Below are positions 1-8,554 of a DNA stretch of 36,484 bases, in pieces. The position numbers and the translations under genes were made by a program. The notes beneath the pieces are model-generated. The model made no database searches. It worked only from the letters and a program-made list of their open reading frames with translations, and was not told the origin of the DNA. How positions within the stretch are numbered: the stretch's first letter is position 1; each line of letters begins with the position of its first letter. Origin of the DNA: Candidatus Moraniibacteriota bacterium (GTDB lineage: Bacteria > Patescibacteriota > Minisyncoccia > Moranbacterales > UBA9337); NCBI GenBank assembly GCA_036584565.1, contig JAZHDF010000097.1, forward strand, positions 1 to 36,484, written 5' to 3'.

Positions 1-51
1 TTGTTTAGCATCATATGGCTATTATATCATAGCTTCTGATGGTCTAGAGCC
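1..51 (-). mobile_element. Probable left end of an IS1595-family (IS1016-like) insertion sequence; transposase start runs off the window
   Basis: Minus strand reads GGCTCTAGACCATCAGAAGCTATGATATAATAGCCATATGATGCTAAACAA: GGC-type terminus, extended -10 TGATATAAT, and ATG ATG CTA AAC (MMLN..) at 14..1. It coincides with the premature end of the MmeI-like ORF. Family call is inference from only 51 bp. Confidence 0.5.
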
Positions 52-2147
52 TTTTTAATATCATGCGGATTCACTCCTACTAGCCACAATACCCACCTTC
101 TTTTATTGTGCAAAAATTCTTTCGCACTAATAAGTGGTTTAATAAATTTTTTTATTTCAGGATTTTTTTCAATTATTGATTTAAATTCATCGTCCCCTAT
201 GATTAAATTTCCTCCATCAACTGGCTTGTTTCCATAAACCATCCTTGGAACTTCACAAATTGGTTTTCCTATTGATGGAATAACAAGATTATCGGCTTCT
301 ATAAGATATGGATTAATATTTTTTACCACCATTTCATGAGGCTCACCTTTTATATTTTCATATTCATAGAGATATTTTTTATCCTTATCAAAATTAGCAA
401 ATCCAATTATTACGCAAAAAACTGCTGCCTTTCCACGTGCTTCATTGTTCCACTTGAATGTCTTGTGAGCAAAATGAATTTTAATTCCATAATTATTTAA
501 AAGTTCATTCCACAATATACTAACCTGCTCTCCTTGAGTAATTGAGTTTGTCGATACGAAAGCAACTGCAATATTTGTATTTTGTATATATCGTGCAGCC
601 TTAATATACCAAGCGGAAACATAATCCAAGACACCAAACCCCTTTATTTTTCCAAATACATTTTCCATACCTCGCTTTTGTTCTGCATTTTGCAAGTGTT
701 GTCCAATAAAAGGCGGATTGCCAAGAATATAAGAAAGCTCATTTTTAGATACGACTTCTTCCCAATCTTTCTCTAAAGCATTACCGATAAAAATCTCCGC
801 CCCTCTGCCCAATGGCAAATCGACAATATTTTTGCCAAATGTTTGGCTAGCCATTTCATTCATCTGATGATCCATCAACCACATTGCCGTTTGGGCGATT
901 TTGGCCGGAAATTCTTCTATTTCAATCCCAAAAAATTGTTCAGGTTTTAATTTTATAATTCCCTTAATATCAAAAGGCAAAAGCTGACTTTCTCCAAAAT
1001 GTTTTTTTAGAATTTCCAATTCCAAAAGCCTGAGTTCTCGATAAGCAATGATCAAAAAGTTTCCACAACCGCAAGCTGGATCAAGAAATTTGAGTTTAGA
1101 AATTTTTTCATGCAAATCATTCAGTTTATTGATATTTTTCCCGCAAGACTTCAACTCCTCCTCAAGTTCATCCAAAAATAGAGGTTTGATAAGTTTTAAA
1201 ATATTTTTTTCACTGGTGTAATGCGCCCCCAAATGCCGTCTCTCATCTTTATCCATTACGGATTGGAAAAGCGAACCAAAAATGGCTGGAGAAATTTTTG
1301 ACCAATCAAAAGCGCAGGCTTCGAGCAATCTCTTTCTCATTTCCGAATTAAAGGAAGGACAGGAAACTTTTTCCGCAAAAAGCCCTCCATTTACATATTC
1401 AAATTTACTCAATTCTTCATCAAGAGTAGATTGTCTTTTTTCAATTGGCGTATTTAGGACATTAAATAAGCCCTCCAAATGCATACCCGTATCACTCCCA
1501 TCTTCACTAGTACGATTTTCCAGATAATGGCGAAATTGATGATGCAAAAAAATATTGGCGTCATCCGCAAAAAGACAAAACAAAATCCTTACTAAAAAAA
1601 CATTCAACTCATGCCCGCTATAACCAGTTTCAATCATCACATCATAAAGCTTCCCCATCAATTCCGCTGCTTTAATATTTACTTCGTCCTCTTCTTTGTA
1701 TTCTTGTTTTTTGTAGCCGGCAATAAAATCAAACAGATGGACTTTTTTATGCAAATCTTTTAAGAGGAATTCTTGCTCGGTATTTTCTTCCAAGTCAAAA
1801 AGTCTAAATCTTTCAAAATCAGAAACCAAGATATATTTGGGCAAATCTTTTTCTTTTATCCCTGGGAAATAATCCATCGCTTGAGTATGAGCTTTTTCCA
1901 AATCTCTTCCGCGGGATTTATGCTCCACAATCAACATTCCCGGCCAAAACAAATCAATAAAACCAGCATTGCCTCCGTGCTTTTTGACTTGAAATTCAAA
2001 ATTAGCTAACCTCCGGCGAGTTAGCCCAAAAACATTAAAAAAATCATCCCAAAAAGATTTAGCTTCCGCATCCTCAGAAACTTCATTTTCCCATTCTTTG
2101 GAAAATTCAATGGCTCTCGATTTTATTTCATTCCATGATAAAGGCAT
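27..2147 (-). pseudogene. MmeI-like Type IIL restriction-modification enzyme (fused endonuclease/N6-adenine methyltransferase), C-terminally truncated
   Basis: N-terminus MPLSWNEIKSRA, IDLFWPG..VEHKS nuclease motif, FLDPACGCGNF (motif I), GNPPF (motif IV). It is 706 aa, against roughly 900+ aa typical for the family, and ends within the target-recognition region in ALDHQKL*. Confidence 0.8.
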
Positions 2148-2268
2148 ATTGTAAAAAATTATCAGTTATTACCCCTCATTATATACCCTTTCCGAGCCAA
2201 ATAAAAGATTTTAAATCAAATGTTAATGTGCTAATATTGTTAATGTTAAAAATAAAAAAAACAACCTT

Positions 2269-3282
2269 ATGAAAATTTTAGTTACCGGCGGAGCGGGATT
2301 TATCGGCTCCCATACCTGCGTGGAGTTGATCAAGGCCGGCCACACTCCGATAATTATCGATAACTTTTGCAATTCCCAAAAGTGGATAATCCACCGAATC
2401 GCTCAGATTACCCAACAAAACATCATCTATTACGAAGGCGACTGCAACAATTCGAATTTTTTAGAAGAGGTTTTAAATAAAGAGAGGGATATTGAAGGCG
2501 TGATACACTTCGCCGCTTTTAAGGCGGTCGGCGAATCGATTGCTAAGCCCCTGGATTATTACAAAAACAATCTCAATTCGCTTATCTCGATTTTGGAAAA
2601 AATGCAAAAATTCAAAATAAAAAATTTGGTTTTTTCTTCCTCCGCCACCGTTTACGGCGACCCCGATTCCAATCCGATCTTTGAAACCGCTCCGCGAAAA
2701 AAAGCCAACTGCCCTTACGGCAACACCAAGACAATTTGCGAAGACATTATCGAAGACACCGTCAAAGGAAACCGAAACATTTCCGCTATCGCCCTGCGAT
2801 ATTTCAATCCGATCGGCGCCCATCCTTCGGGATTAATCGGCGAATTGCCTCTCGGCGCGCCCAACAATCTGGTGCCTTATGTCACCCAAGCCGCCGCCGG
2901 TATCCGCGAAAAGCTGACTGTTTTCGGCAACGATTATCCCACTCCCGACGGCAGCGGAGTAAGAGATTTCATCCATGTGGTCGATTTGGCTCAAGCACAC
3001 CTCAAAACTTTGGAATACCTAAGCAAAAAAGAGGTTCCTTTTTATGATATTTTTAACGTGGGCACCGGAGAGGGCCACAGCGTTTTGGAAATAATCGAAA
3101 CTTTTGAAAAAGTTAACGGCGTCCCGGTGCCTTATGAAATAGGACCTCGTCGCGACGGAGACATCGCCGCCTGTTTTGCGGACGCTTCCAAAATAAAAAA
3201 AGAAATGAATTGGCAAAGCGAAAAGTCATTGGAAGATTCATTGCGCGACGCTTGGAATTGGCAAAAGAATTTGAAAAATTAA
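2269..3282 (+). CDS. galE: UDP-glucose 4-epimerase
   Basis: TGGAGFIGSH, HFAAFKAVGES, FSSSATVYG, YGNTK (YxxxK), LRYFNPIGAHPSG, RDFIHVVDLA. Confidence 0.97.
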   Translation: MKILVTGGAGFIGSHTCVELIKAGHTPIIIDNFCNSQKWIIHRIAQITQQNIIYYEGDCNNSNFLEEVLNKERDIEGVIHFAAFKAVGESIAKPLDYYKNNLNSLISILEKMQKFKIKNLVFSSSATVYGDPDSNPIFETAPRKKANCPYGNTKTICEDIIEDTVKGNRNISAIALRYFNPIGAHPSGLIGELPLGAPNNLVPYVTQAAAGIREKLTVFGNDYPTPDGSGVRDFIHVVDLAQAHLKTLEYLSKKEVPFYDIFNVGTGEGHSVLEIIETFEKVNGVPVPYEIGPRRDGDIAACFADASKIKKEMNWQSEKSLEDSLRDAWNWQKNLKN

Positions 3283-3289
3283 AAAATAG

Positions 3290-3358
3290 TAATTGGTAAC
3301 TTGTAATCGGGAATCGGGAGCAAGAATTAAGAATGAAGAATTAAGAATGAATAATTGG
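3290..3358. repeat. Degenerate 7-bp tandem repeat tract
   Basis: TAATTGG TAACTTG TAATCGG GAATCGG GAGCAA GAATTAA GAATGAA GAATTAA GAATGAA TAATTGG. Confidence 0.75.
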
Positions 3359-3413
3359 CAATGAGGGGATTTTGTCATCAAGTCATCACTCAACTGTCAT
3401 CGGGAAAGATCTT

Positions 3414-3527
3414 GTCATTGCGAGGAGGTACTCCGACGCGACAATCTCGTCCGAAACTGCCACGTAAATTTTGACTACCCCGGTCAGATATTATCTGACG
3501 GGGCAGGCAAAATTTACTCGCAGAGAC
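3414..3527. repeat. REP/RPE-like palindromic element with a nested internal palindrome
   Basis: Outer arms GTCATTGCGAG (3414-3424) and CTCGCAGAGAC (3517-3527). Inner GTAAATTTTG/CAAAATTTAC (3464-3473, 3508-3517) encloses CCCCGGTCAGATA-T-TATCTGACGGGG. Confidence 0.7.
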
Positions 3528-3672
3528 ACTCTGTTTTTATTTTTGCAAAAAAATAATTCTCCGTCAGTTTATTTAAAAATTAAAAAATTCAAAAATTAAA
3601 AATAAACCGAATTACCCTTTAATATTAAATACCGACTATTTTCAACATTTTTTAATTATACCACAAAAACGA

Positions 3673-3894
3673 CTAAAAATCAATATCGATAATTTTTATC
3701 TTGGCCGATTTGCCACCCGCGATAGTAATCGCGCTTTTGGCCGTTTTAAAGTGTTTGGCCAAGATCTTTATCACCATTTGATTGGCCTCCCCGCCGACCG
3801 GCGGAGCGGTCACTTTGATTTTATATTCATTTTCTCCCTTTTTTTCGACTTCATTGCGAGAGGCTCGCGGGATAACTTTGGCATAAATTCTCAT
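3673..3894 (-). CDS. DUF167 / UPF0235 (YggU-like) protein
   Basis: KVIPRASRNEV, KVTAPPVGGEAN, IAGGKSAKIK; 73 aa. Confidence 0.9.
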   Translation of the reverse strand: MRIYAKVIPRASRNEVEKKGENEYKIKVTAPPVGGEANQMVIKILAKHFKTAKSAITIAGGKSAKIKIIDIDF

Positions 3895-3898
3895 ATTT

Positions 3899-4153
3899 TT
3901 ATAGTCTTTCTTTTATCTCTCTTTTTAGCCAATCATCGATCCAATCGGGAATCATGTCCCCCTTGGGATTATGTTCTTCCCCTTCTCGATATACAATCCC
4001 GACCATCTGACTGATGATTTTTTTTGAATCCTCTTTTAATTCTTGCCGGAGGGAGATTTTCTTTTGCTGACTGTAAATAATCGCCGCCCCCAGAAAAACA
4101 AAAAATAAAAAGAAGAAAACTATAAACAAAACAAATAATATTTTTTTAAACAT
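3899..4153 (-). CDS. Small single-pass membrane protein, hypothetical
   Basis: MFKKILFVLFIVFFFLFFVFLGAAIIY hydrophobic N-terminus; the ORF track allows an upstream start at 4189. Confidence 0.6.
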   Translation of the reverse strand: MFKKILFVLFIVFFFLFFVFLGAAIIYSQQKKISLRQELKEDSKKIISQMVGIVYREGEEHNPKGDMIPDWIDDWLKREIKERL

Positions 4154-4213
4154 TGTTTTTCTTTTGATTACTTTACCATTATATACCAAAAATCCGAAAT
4201 TAAAACCGAACCG

Positions 4214-4242
4214 TTGACTTTTTGCCTTTTTTATGCTATTCT
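4214..4242 (+). promoter_or_regulatory. Sigma70-type promoter of PEP-CTERM gene 1
   Basis: TTGACT, 17-bp spacer, TATTCT preceded by TGn; Shine-Dalgarno GGGAGGAG just before ATG 4301. Confidence 0.6.
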
Positions 4243-4300
4243 CGGCCCAGTACCTAAACAGGTTTTTATTTTTTCAAAAAAAACAAGAGGGAGGAGCATT

Positions 4301-4873
4301 ATGAAGAGAGTTGCCGCTTTGCTTGCCGTGGTGTTTTTTTCACTGGTCGGCACCTCGTCGGCCACTTCAATCGATTGGGTTGACATCAAAACTCCAATTA
4401 TCGGAGGAGTCGTGACAAACGACGACTCCGTGTGGCTGGGAAAGGAGTGGTGCTGCTGCCTTCAAATGATCGGCGAATATTCGGCCTCCTTCGAGATTAC
4501 GGGGGGCGGACTGCTTGACATCTACGCCGATCTTTGGACTTGGGATTCCAAGTATTATGACAGCTTTTTTGTTGAAGTCTGGAAAGAAGACTCTCCCACT
4601 CCATTCTTCTCTTGGAATTGGGGCGGTCAGTCATGGCCCGATTGCCAGGAAGAATTCTTTCAGGGCACTCTCTCGGTTGATCTAAACAATTTCAAGGATA
4701 CCGATTTTACGGTAACCCTTGGCATGCATACCAAGTTCGATATGATCATGCCTTCGGGGGGGATGTATAGCGTTTCCTATCATACCGCCCCCGTTCCCGA
4801 ACCCGCCACAATGCTCCTTTTCGGCACCGGACTGGCCGCACTTTCGGCCGTTGCTCGTCGCCGCAAACAATAA
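4301..4873 (+). CDS. Secreted PEP-CTERM sorting-domain protein 1
   Basis: Signal peptide MKRVAALLAVVFFSLVGTSSA; C-terminus PVPEPATMLLFGTGLAALSAVARRRKQ. Start moved to 4301 because of the strong SD. Confidence 0.92.
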   Translation: MKRVAALLAVVFFSLVGTSSATSIDWVDIKTPIIGGVVTNDDSVWLGKEWCCCLQMIGEYSASFEITGGGLLDIYADLWTWDSKYYDSFFVEVWKEDSPTPFFSWNWGGQSWPDCQEEFFQGTLSVDLNNFKDTDFTVTLGMHTKFDMIMPSGGMYSVSYHTAPVPEPATMLLFGTGLAALSAVARRRKQ

Positions 4874-4900
4874 AACTTCCCGGGGAAGGAGGAAGTTTTG

Positions 4901-4935
4901 ACCCGCTTACACAAAACATCGTGTAAGCGGGTTTT
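4901..4935 (+). terminator. Intrinsic terminator, preceded by a second hairpin at 4872-4899
   Basis: ACCCGCTTACAC/GTGTAAGCGGGT 12-bp stem followed by TTT; upstream AAAACTTCC/GGAAGTTTT. Confidence 0.8.
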
Positions 4936-4939
4936 AAAT

Positions 4940-4967
4940 TTGACAAAAAATTCCCCTGTGATATTTT
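4940..4967 (+). promoter_or_regulatory. Sigma70-type promoter of PEP-CTERM gene 2
   Basis: TTGACA, 16-bp spacer, TATTTT preceded by TGn. Confidence 0.5.
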
Positions 4968-5059
4968 TAGGAATGTGTGTCAATCGGCCAAGTCTTTAAA
5001 AAATCAAAAAAACAAAAGGGAGTTAAGAGGTAAAAAAGATTTATCTTAAGAAAGCGGCT

Positions 5060-5635
5060 ATGTCTCTTTTCTTTTCGGCCACCATTTTGGGGGTCTCCGA
5101 AAACGCTTTAGCCACCCCGATTCAATGGGAAACTTTTTCCGAAGGAGTCACGACTTATGAGTCCGGCCTGGTCAAGATAAAACCGGACCCGCTAAAGTTG
5201 AGTTCCGAGTCGGAAATTTTCGGCGCCGGATTTTTTACTCCGGAAAACGGTTCTCTGCAAATGGAAATCTCGGTTTTTATTTCTGAAATTTCTTTGCTCA
5301 AATTTGAAAATCCCCGTTTTTTGGTAACCGCCTCCTCGGAAGGATTTTTCTGGAACGAAGAAAGTCCTCAGCTGACAATTTTTGATTCCTGGAGCTTTCC
5401 CTTGTCCGCAACTCTCGGTTATTTGGAAAAAATCAATCTCGAATCCCAGAGCTATCTGAGTTTTGTCTTGGAGACAAAAGAAGGCGCGCCCAAATCTTAC
5501 GGGCTTGGAAATTTTGATTTCGTCGCCGACACACCCCTCACCGCCACTGTTCCCGTTCCCGAACCGTCCACAATGTTGCTATTCGGTATCGGGCTGATGG
5601 GAATGGCCTCTTCGATGCGCAGAAGAAAAAAATAA
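5060..5635 (+). CDS. Secreted PEP-CTERM sorting-domain protein 2 (true start possibly GTA at 5030)
   Basis: ..ENALA-TPI signal cleavage pattern; C-terminus PVPEPSTMLLFGIGLMGMASSMRRRKK. Confidence 0.9.
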   Translation: MSLFFSATILGVSENALATPIQWETFSEGVTTYESGLVKIKPDPLKLSSESEIFGAGFFTPENGSLQMEISVFISEISLLKFENPRFLVTASSEGFFWNEESPQLTIFDSWSFPLSATLGYLEKINLESQSYLSFVLETKEGAPKSYGLGNFDFVADTPLTATVPVPEPSTMLLFGIGLMGMASSMRRRKK

Positions 5636-5654
5636 AGAGAAAAAGAGGCTAAAA

Positions 5655-5686
5655 ACCCGCCAAAGCATAACATTGCTTTGGCGGGT
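5655..5686. terminator. Hairpin between convergent PEP-CTERM gene 2 and trpS, likely bidirectional terminator
   Basis: ACCCGCCAAAGCA/TGCTTTGGCGGGT 13-bp stem, A-run on the left. Confidence 0.8.
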
Positions 5687-5707
5687 CGATTTATTTAAAA
5701 CAAGAAA

Positions 5708-6709
5708 CTAGAAATAGTCTATTTTCATCGCCTCCTTGACTTCATTGAGTGTTGCCTGAGTCACCAAGCGAGCTTTCTGTGTTCCCTCTAGTAATACATC
5801 CCTCAAAAATTCCGGTTTTTGGGCAAATTCTTGCCGACGCTCCCTGATCGGAGATAATAAATCTTCCAAAACTTTTATCAGTCTTTTTTTAACTTCCACA
5901 TCTCCCAAACCGCCTTGGCGATAGTGATTTTTCAGTTCTTCCAGACCGGCTTTATCCTCGTCAAGAGCTTCCAAATATTCAAAAACCGGATTGCCTTCCA
6001 CTTTACCGGGGTCTTCCACTCGTAAATGGGCGGGGTCGGTCATCATTCCCATCACTTTTTTCTTGATTTCATCTTCCGAATCGGAAAGATAAATCGCATT
6101 GTTTAATGATTTACCCATTTTGGCGTTACCGTCCGTTCCCGAAAGTCTCCGCACAGCCGAAAGAACCGCTTCACACTCTTTCAATGTCTCTGTTTGGTAA
6201 ATATGATTGAACCGACGCACGATTTCGTTGGTTTGCTCTATCATCGGCAACTGATCCTCTCCCACCGGCACCAAATCAGCCTTAAAAGCGGTGATATCGG
6301 CCGCCTGACTAACCGGATAAACCAAAAAACCCACCGGCAAACTTTTATCAAAACCTTTTTGGGCGATTTCAGTCTTGACGGTCGGATTTCTCTGCAATCT
6401 CGCCAAAGTCACCAAATTGAGATAATAAGTGGTCAGTTCAAAAAGTTCCGGCAACATCGATTGAATCAGGATGGTGCTTTTTTGAGGATCGATACCCACC
6501 GACAAATAATCCAAAGTCACCTCATTGATATTGTCTCTTACTTTTTGCGGATTGGAAAAATTATCCGTCAAGGCCTGCACATCGGCAATCATAATAAATT
6601 GATTAAAATCGTTTTGCGCTTCCACCCTCTTTTTGAGCGAACCGACATAATGCCCCAGATGCAATCGGCCGGTCGGCCGATCCCCGGTTAAAATTGTTTT
6701 TTTATTCAT
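5708..6709 (-). CDS. trpS: Tryptophan--tRNA ligase
   Basis: [13 protein letters not shown] (HIGH), [21 protein letters not shown] (KMSKS-like). Confidence 0.97.
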   Translation of the reverse strand: MNKKTILTGDRPTGRLHLGHYVGSLKKRVEAQNDFNQFIMIADVQALTDNFSNPQKVRDNINEVTLDYLSVGIDPQKSTILIQSMLPELFELTTYYLNLVTLARLQRNPTVKTEIAQKGFDKSLPVGFLVYPVSQAADITAFKADLVPVGEDQLPMIEQTNEIVRRFNHIYQTETLKECEAVLSAVRRLSGTDGNAKMGKSLNNAIYLSDSEDEIKKKVMGMMTDPAHLRVEDPGKVEGNPVFEYLEALDEDKAGLEELKNHYRQGGLGDVEVKKRLIKVLEDLLSPIRERRQEFAQKPEFLRDVLLEGTQKARLVTQATLNEVKEAMKIDYF

Positions 6710-6713
6710 AAAA

Positions 6714-7355
6714 TTAATTGTTTACAAAATTACATCCCCCTTGATTACACACCGCTTTGGTATCTCCGTAAACGGCGCAATATTCGAAAGTCTCCTTCTT
6801 TTTATCTATTTGAAAATCGCATCCGCCCCATCTGGCTCCGTATAAATTATTAAAATCCGGCCAATTACCCATCCCCTCGCAAACCGCTTTATTTGCCTCG
6901 GGAACATTGACAAATTTTTTATCATCGATGCAAATTATCACCGCCGGCACCGAGGAAGCCGCCGCCGCTTTAAAAGAGGCAACCCTGGCTTGTTCTCCCT
7001 CCAAAGAAAGAGATCTCACCGCTTCACCCAAATAAGCCTTAAAAAAATCCCCTTCCGTTCCGCAATAGCGAGTTTCCTTATCCAAACTCGCGAGCATTTT
7101 TTCCATATCCGCCGACAAAACGCCGGACTCCCGCTGACCGGAAGCTTCTATTTCTTGCATTATTTTTTCCAAAGAAATTTCCGACATCGGCTTGAAGGCA
7201 TATTTGGTTTCCAGTTCGGCTATGGCTTGCTTATGCGCCTCTTCCGATTTGGCAATCTTTTTTTCTCCGGACTGATAAATATAATAAGCAAACCCGGCCA
7301 AGACCAAATTAACCGCAAAAAGAATCAGCCCGATTGTTCTATAGATATTTCTCAT
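6714..7355 (-). CDS. Membrane-anchored hypothetical protein with Cys-rich, possibly pilin-like C-terminal domain
   Basis: N-terminal transmembrane helix, helical linker, Cys-rich C-terminal half; co-oriented with trpS. Confidence 0.7.
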   Translation of the reverse strand: MRNIYRTIGLILFAVNLVLAGFAYYIYQSGEKKIAKSEEAHKQAIAELETKYAFKPMSEISLEKIMQEIEASGQRESGVLSADMEKMLASLDKETRYCGTEGDFFKAYLGEAVRSLSLEGEQARVASFKAAAASSVPAVIICIDDKKFVNVPEANKAVCEGMGNWPDFNNLYGARWGGCDFQIDKKKETFEYCAVYGDTKAVCNQGGCNFVNN

Positions 7356-7385
7356 TTTTTATTTTAATTTAAAAATCAATCCCTT

Positions 7386-8537
7386 CTATTTCCAAATCCT
7401 TTGATACAACTCAAAATACTCTCGCGAAACATTTTTCCAACTCATTCGCTCGGCCAATTCCCGACTCGTCATTCCCATTCGCTTTCGTAAGTCATTGTCC
7501 TTAAAAATAATTTCAATCTTCTCGGCTAAATCCTCGGCATCTTTCATTTTTACAGTATAGCCGTTTTCTCCCTCTTTGACCAGTTCCGCCGTCCCGCCCG
7601 TTTCGGTGGTCAAAATCGGCAACCCCGAAGCCAAAGCCTCCAACATGGCGTTACTCATCCCCTCGTTCAGAGACGGTAAGACAAATAAGCTGGCTTCCCG
7701 ATAGTACGGTCCGGTTTTTTCTCGCGGAATTCTGCCCAAAAAAACAATGTTATTCCGCAAATTCATCTTTTTACTCATCGCTTCCAAGTTTTCTTTTTCG
7801 TTTCCATCTCCCATGATATGTAAAAAAATATTCGGATATTTGGGAACCAGGACACTCAAAGCCTCGATTAAATAATTGATTCCTTTACGAGCGGTGATAC
7901 GGGTTGCTCCGACGGTAATAATAAATTTTTCTTTCGGTCGCAAAACTTCGTCGGGATAAAAATCCTCCGTATCGACTCCGTTAAAAATTACCTCGATTTT
8001 TTGCGCTTTGTTTGTTTTGAGGGCCAAGTCTTTCAAACCTCGGCTGTTGGAAACCACGCTTGCCGATTGCTTCCAGATTAGTCTTATTAAGGGTTTTAGG
8101 ACAGCATAAAGCGCCGTAAATCTCTCGCTGTAACCCGGCACATCCGAACCGCGCAGAGACACAATGTAAGGAATCTTTTTGGTCAGTTTTAACCACAGAG
8201 AAATCGCTCCGCAAGGAACGGTAAAAAAAGAATGTGACAGATTGTATTTTTTTTCTCGCGTTAATTTACCGGCCAATCTAAGCGCCTTCCAGCTGTAAAC
8301 AAGCAAATCTTTTTGAGACTGAAAATGCAAATTGGCGGCGTTTTTGCCAATAGGAATTTTATGGACGGTAATGTTTTCTCCGATTTTTTCGGTCGAATAC
8401 TCCTTATTGACGGAAGAAGTAATCAGATCCACTTCCAAATCTTTTATCTTGGAAAATTCTTTTAAAATATAATAAGTGGCGTTTCCGGCTCCTCCTCCCA
8501 ACGGCGGATATTCGTAATTAAAAAATAATATTTTCAT
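7386..8537 (-). CDS. Glycosyltransferase family 4 (GT-B)
   Basis: NYEYPPLGGGAG, VIFNGVD, RKG, LPSLNEGMSNAMLEALASGLP (EX7E). Confidence 0.93.
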   Translation of the reverse strand: MKILFFNYEYPPLGGGAGNATYYILKEFSKIKDLEVDLITSSVNKEYSTEKIGENITVHKIPIGKNAANLHFQSQKDLLVYSWKALRLAGKLTREKKYNLSHSFFTVPCGAISLWLKLTKKIPYIVSLRGSDVPGYSERFTALYAVLKPLIRLIWKQSASVVSNSRGLKDLALKTNKAQKIEVIFNGVDTEDFYPDEVLRPKEKFIITVGATRITARKGINYLIEALSVLVPKYPNIFLHIMGDGNEKENLEAMSKKMNLRNNIVFLGRIPREKTGPYYREASLFVLPSLNEGMSNAMLEALASGLPILTTETGGTAELVKEGENGYTVKMKDAEDLAEKIEIIFKDNDLRKRMGMTSRELAERMSWKNVSREYFELYQRIWK

Positions 8538-8554
8538 TTTTAAAAAAATAAGAA

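Noticed and set aside
3570-3645. AAAAATT(A/C) repeats and a weak inverted match to the 3283-3300 region
   Set aside because: Low-complexity AT sequence; the match is too short and gapped to define element ends.
4214-4300. ORF-track TTG start at 4214
   Set aside because: That TTG is the -35 box; the SD and signal peptide support ATG 4301.
6695-6709. MNKKT start of trpS as a fifth array member
   Set aside because: MNK/MKK AT-rich starts are common in this window, and trpS lacks the signal peptide and PTGL tail.
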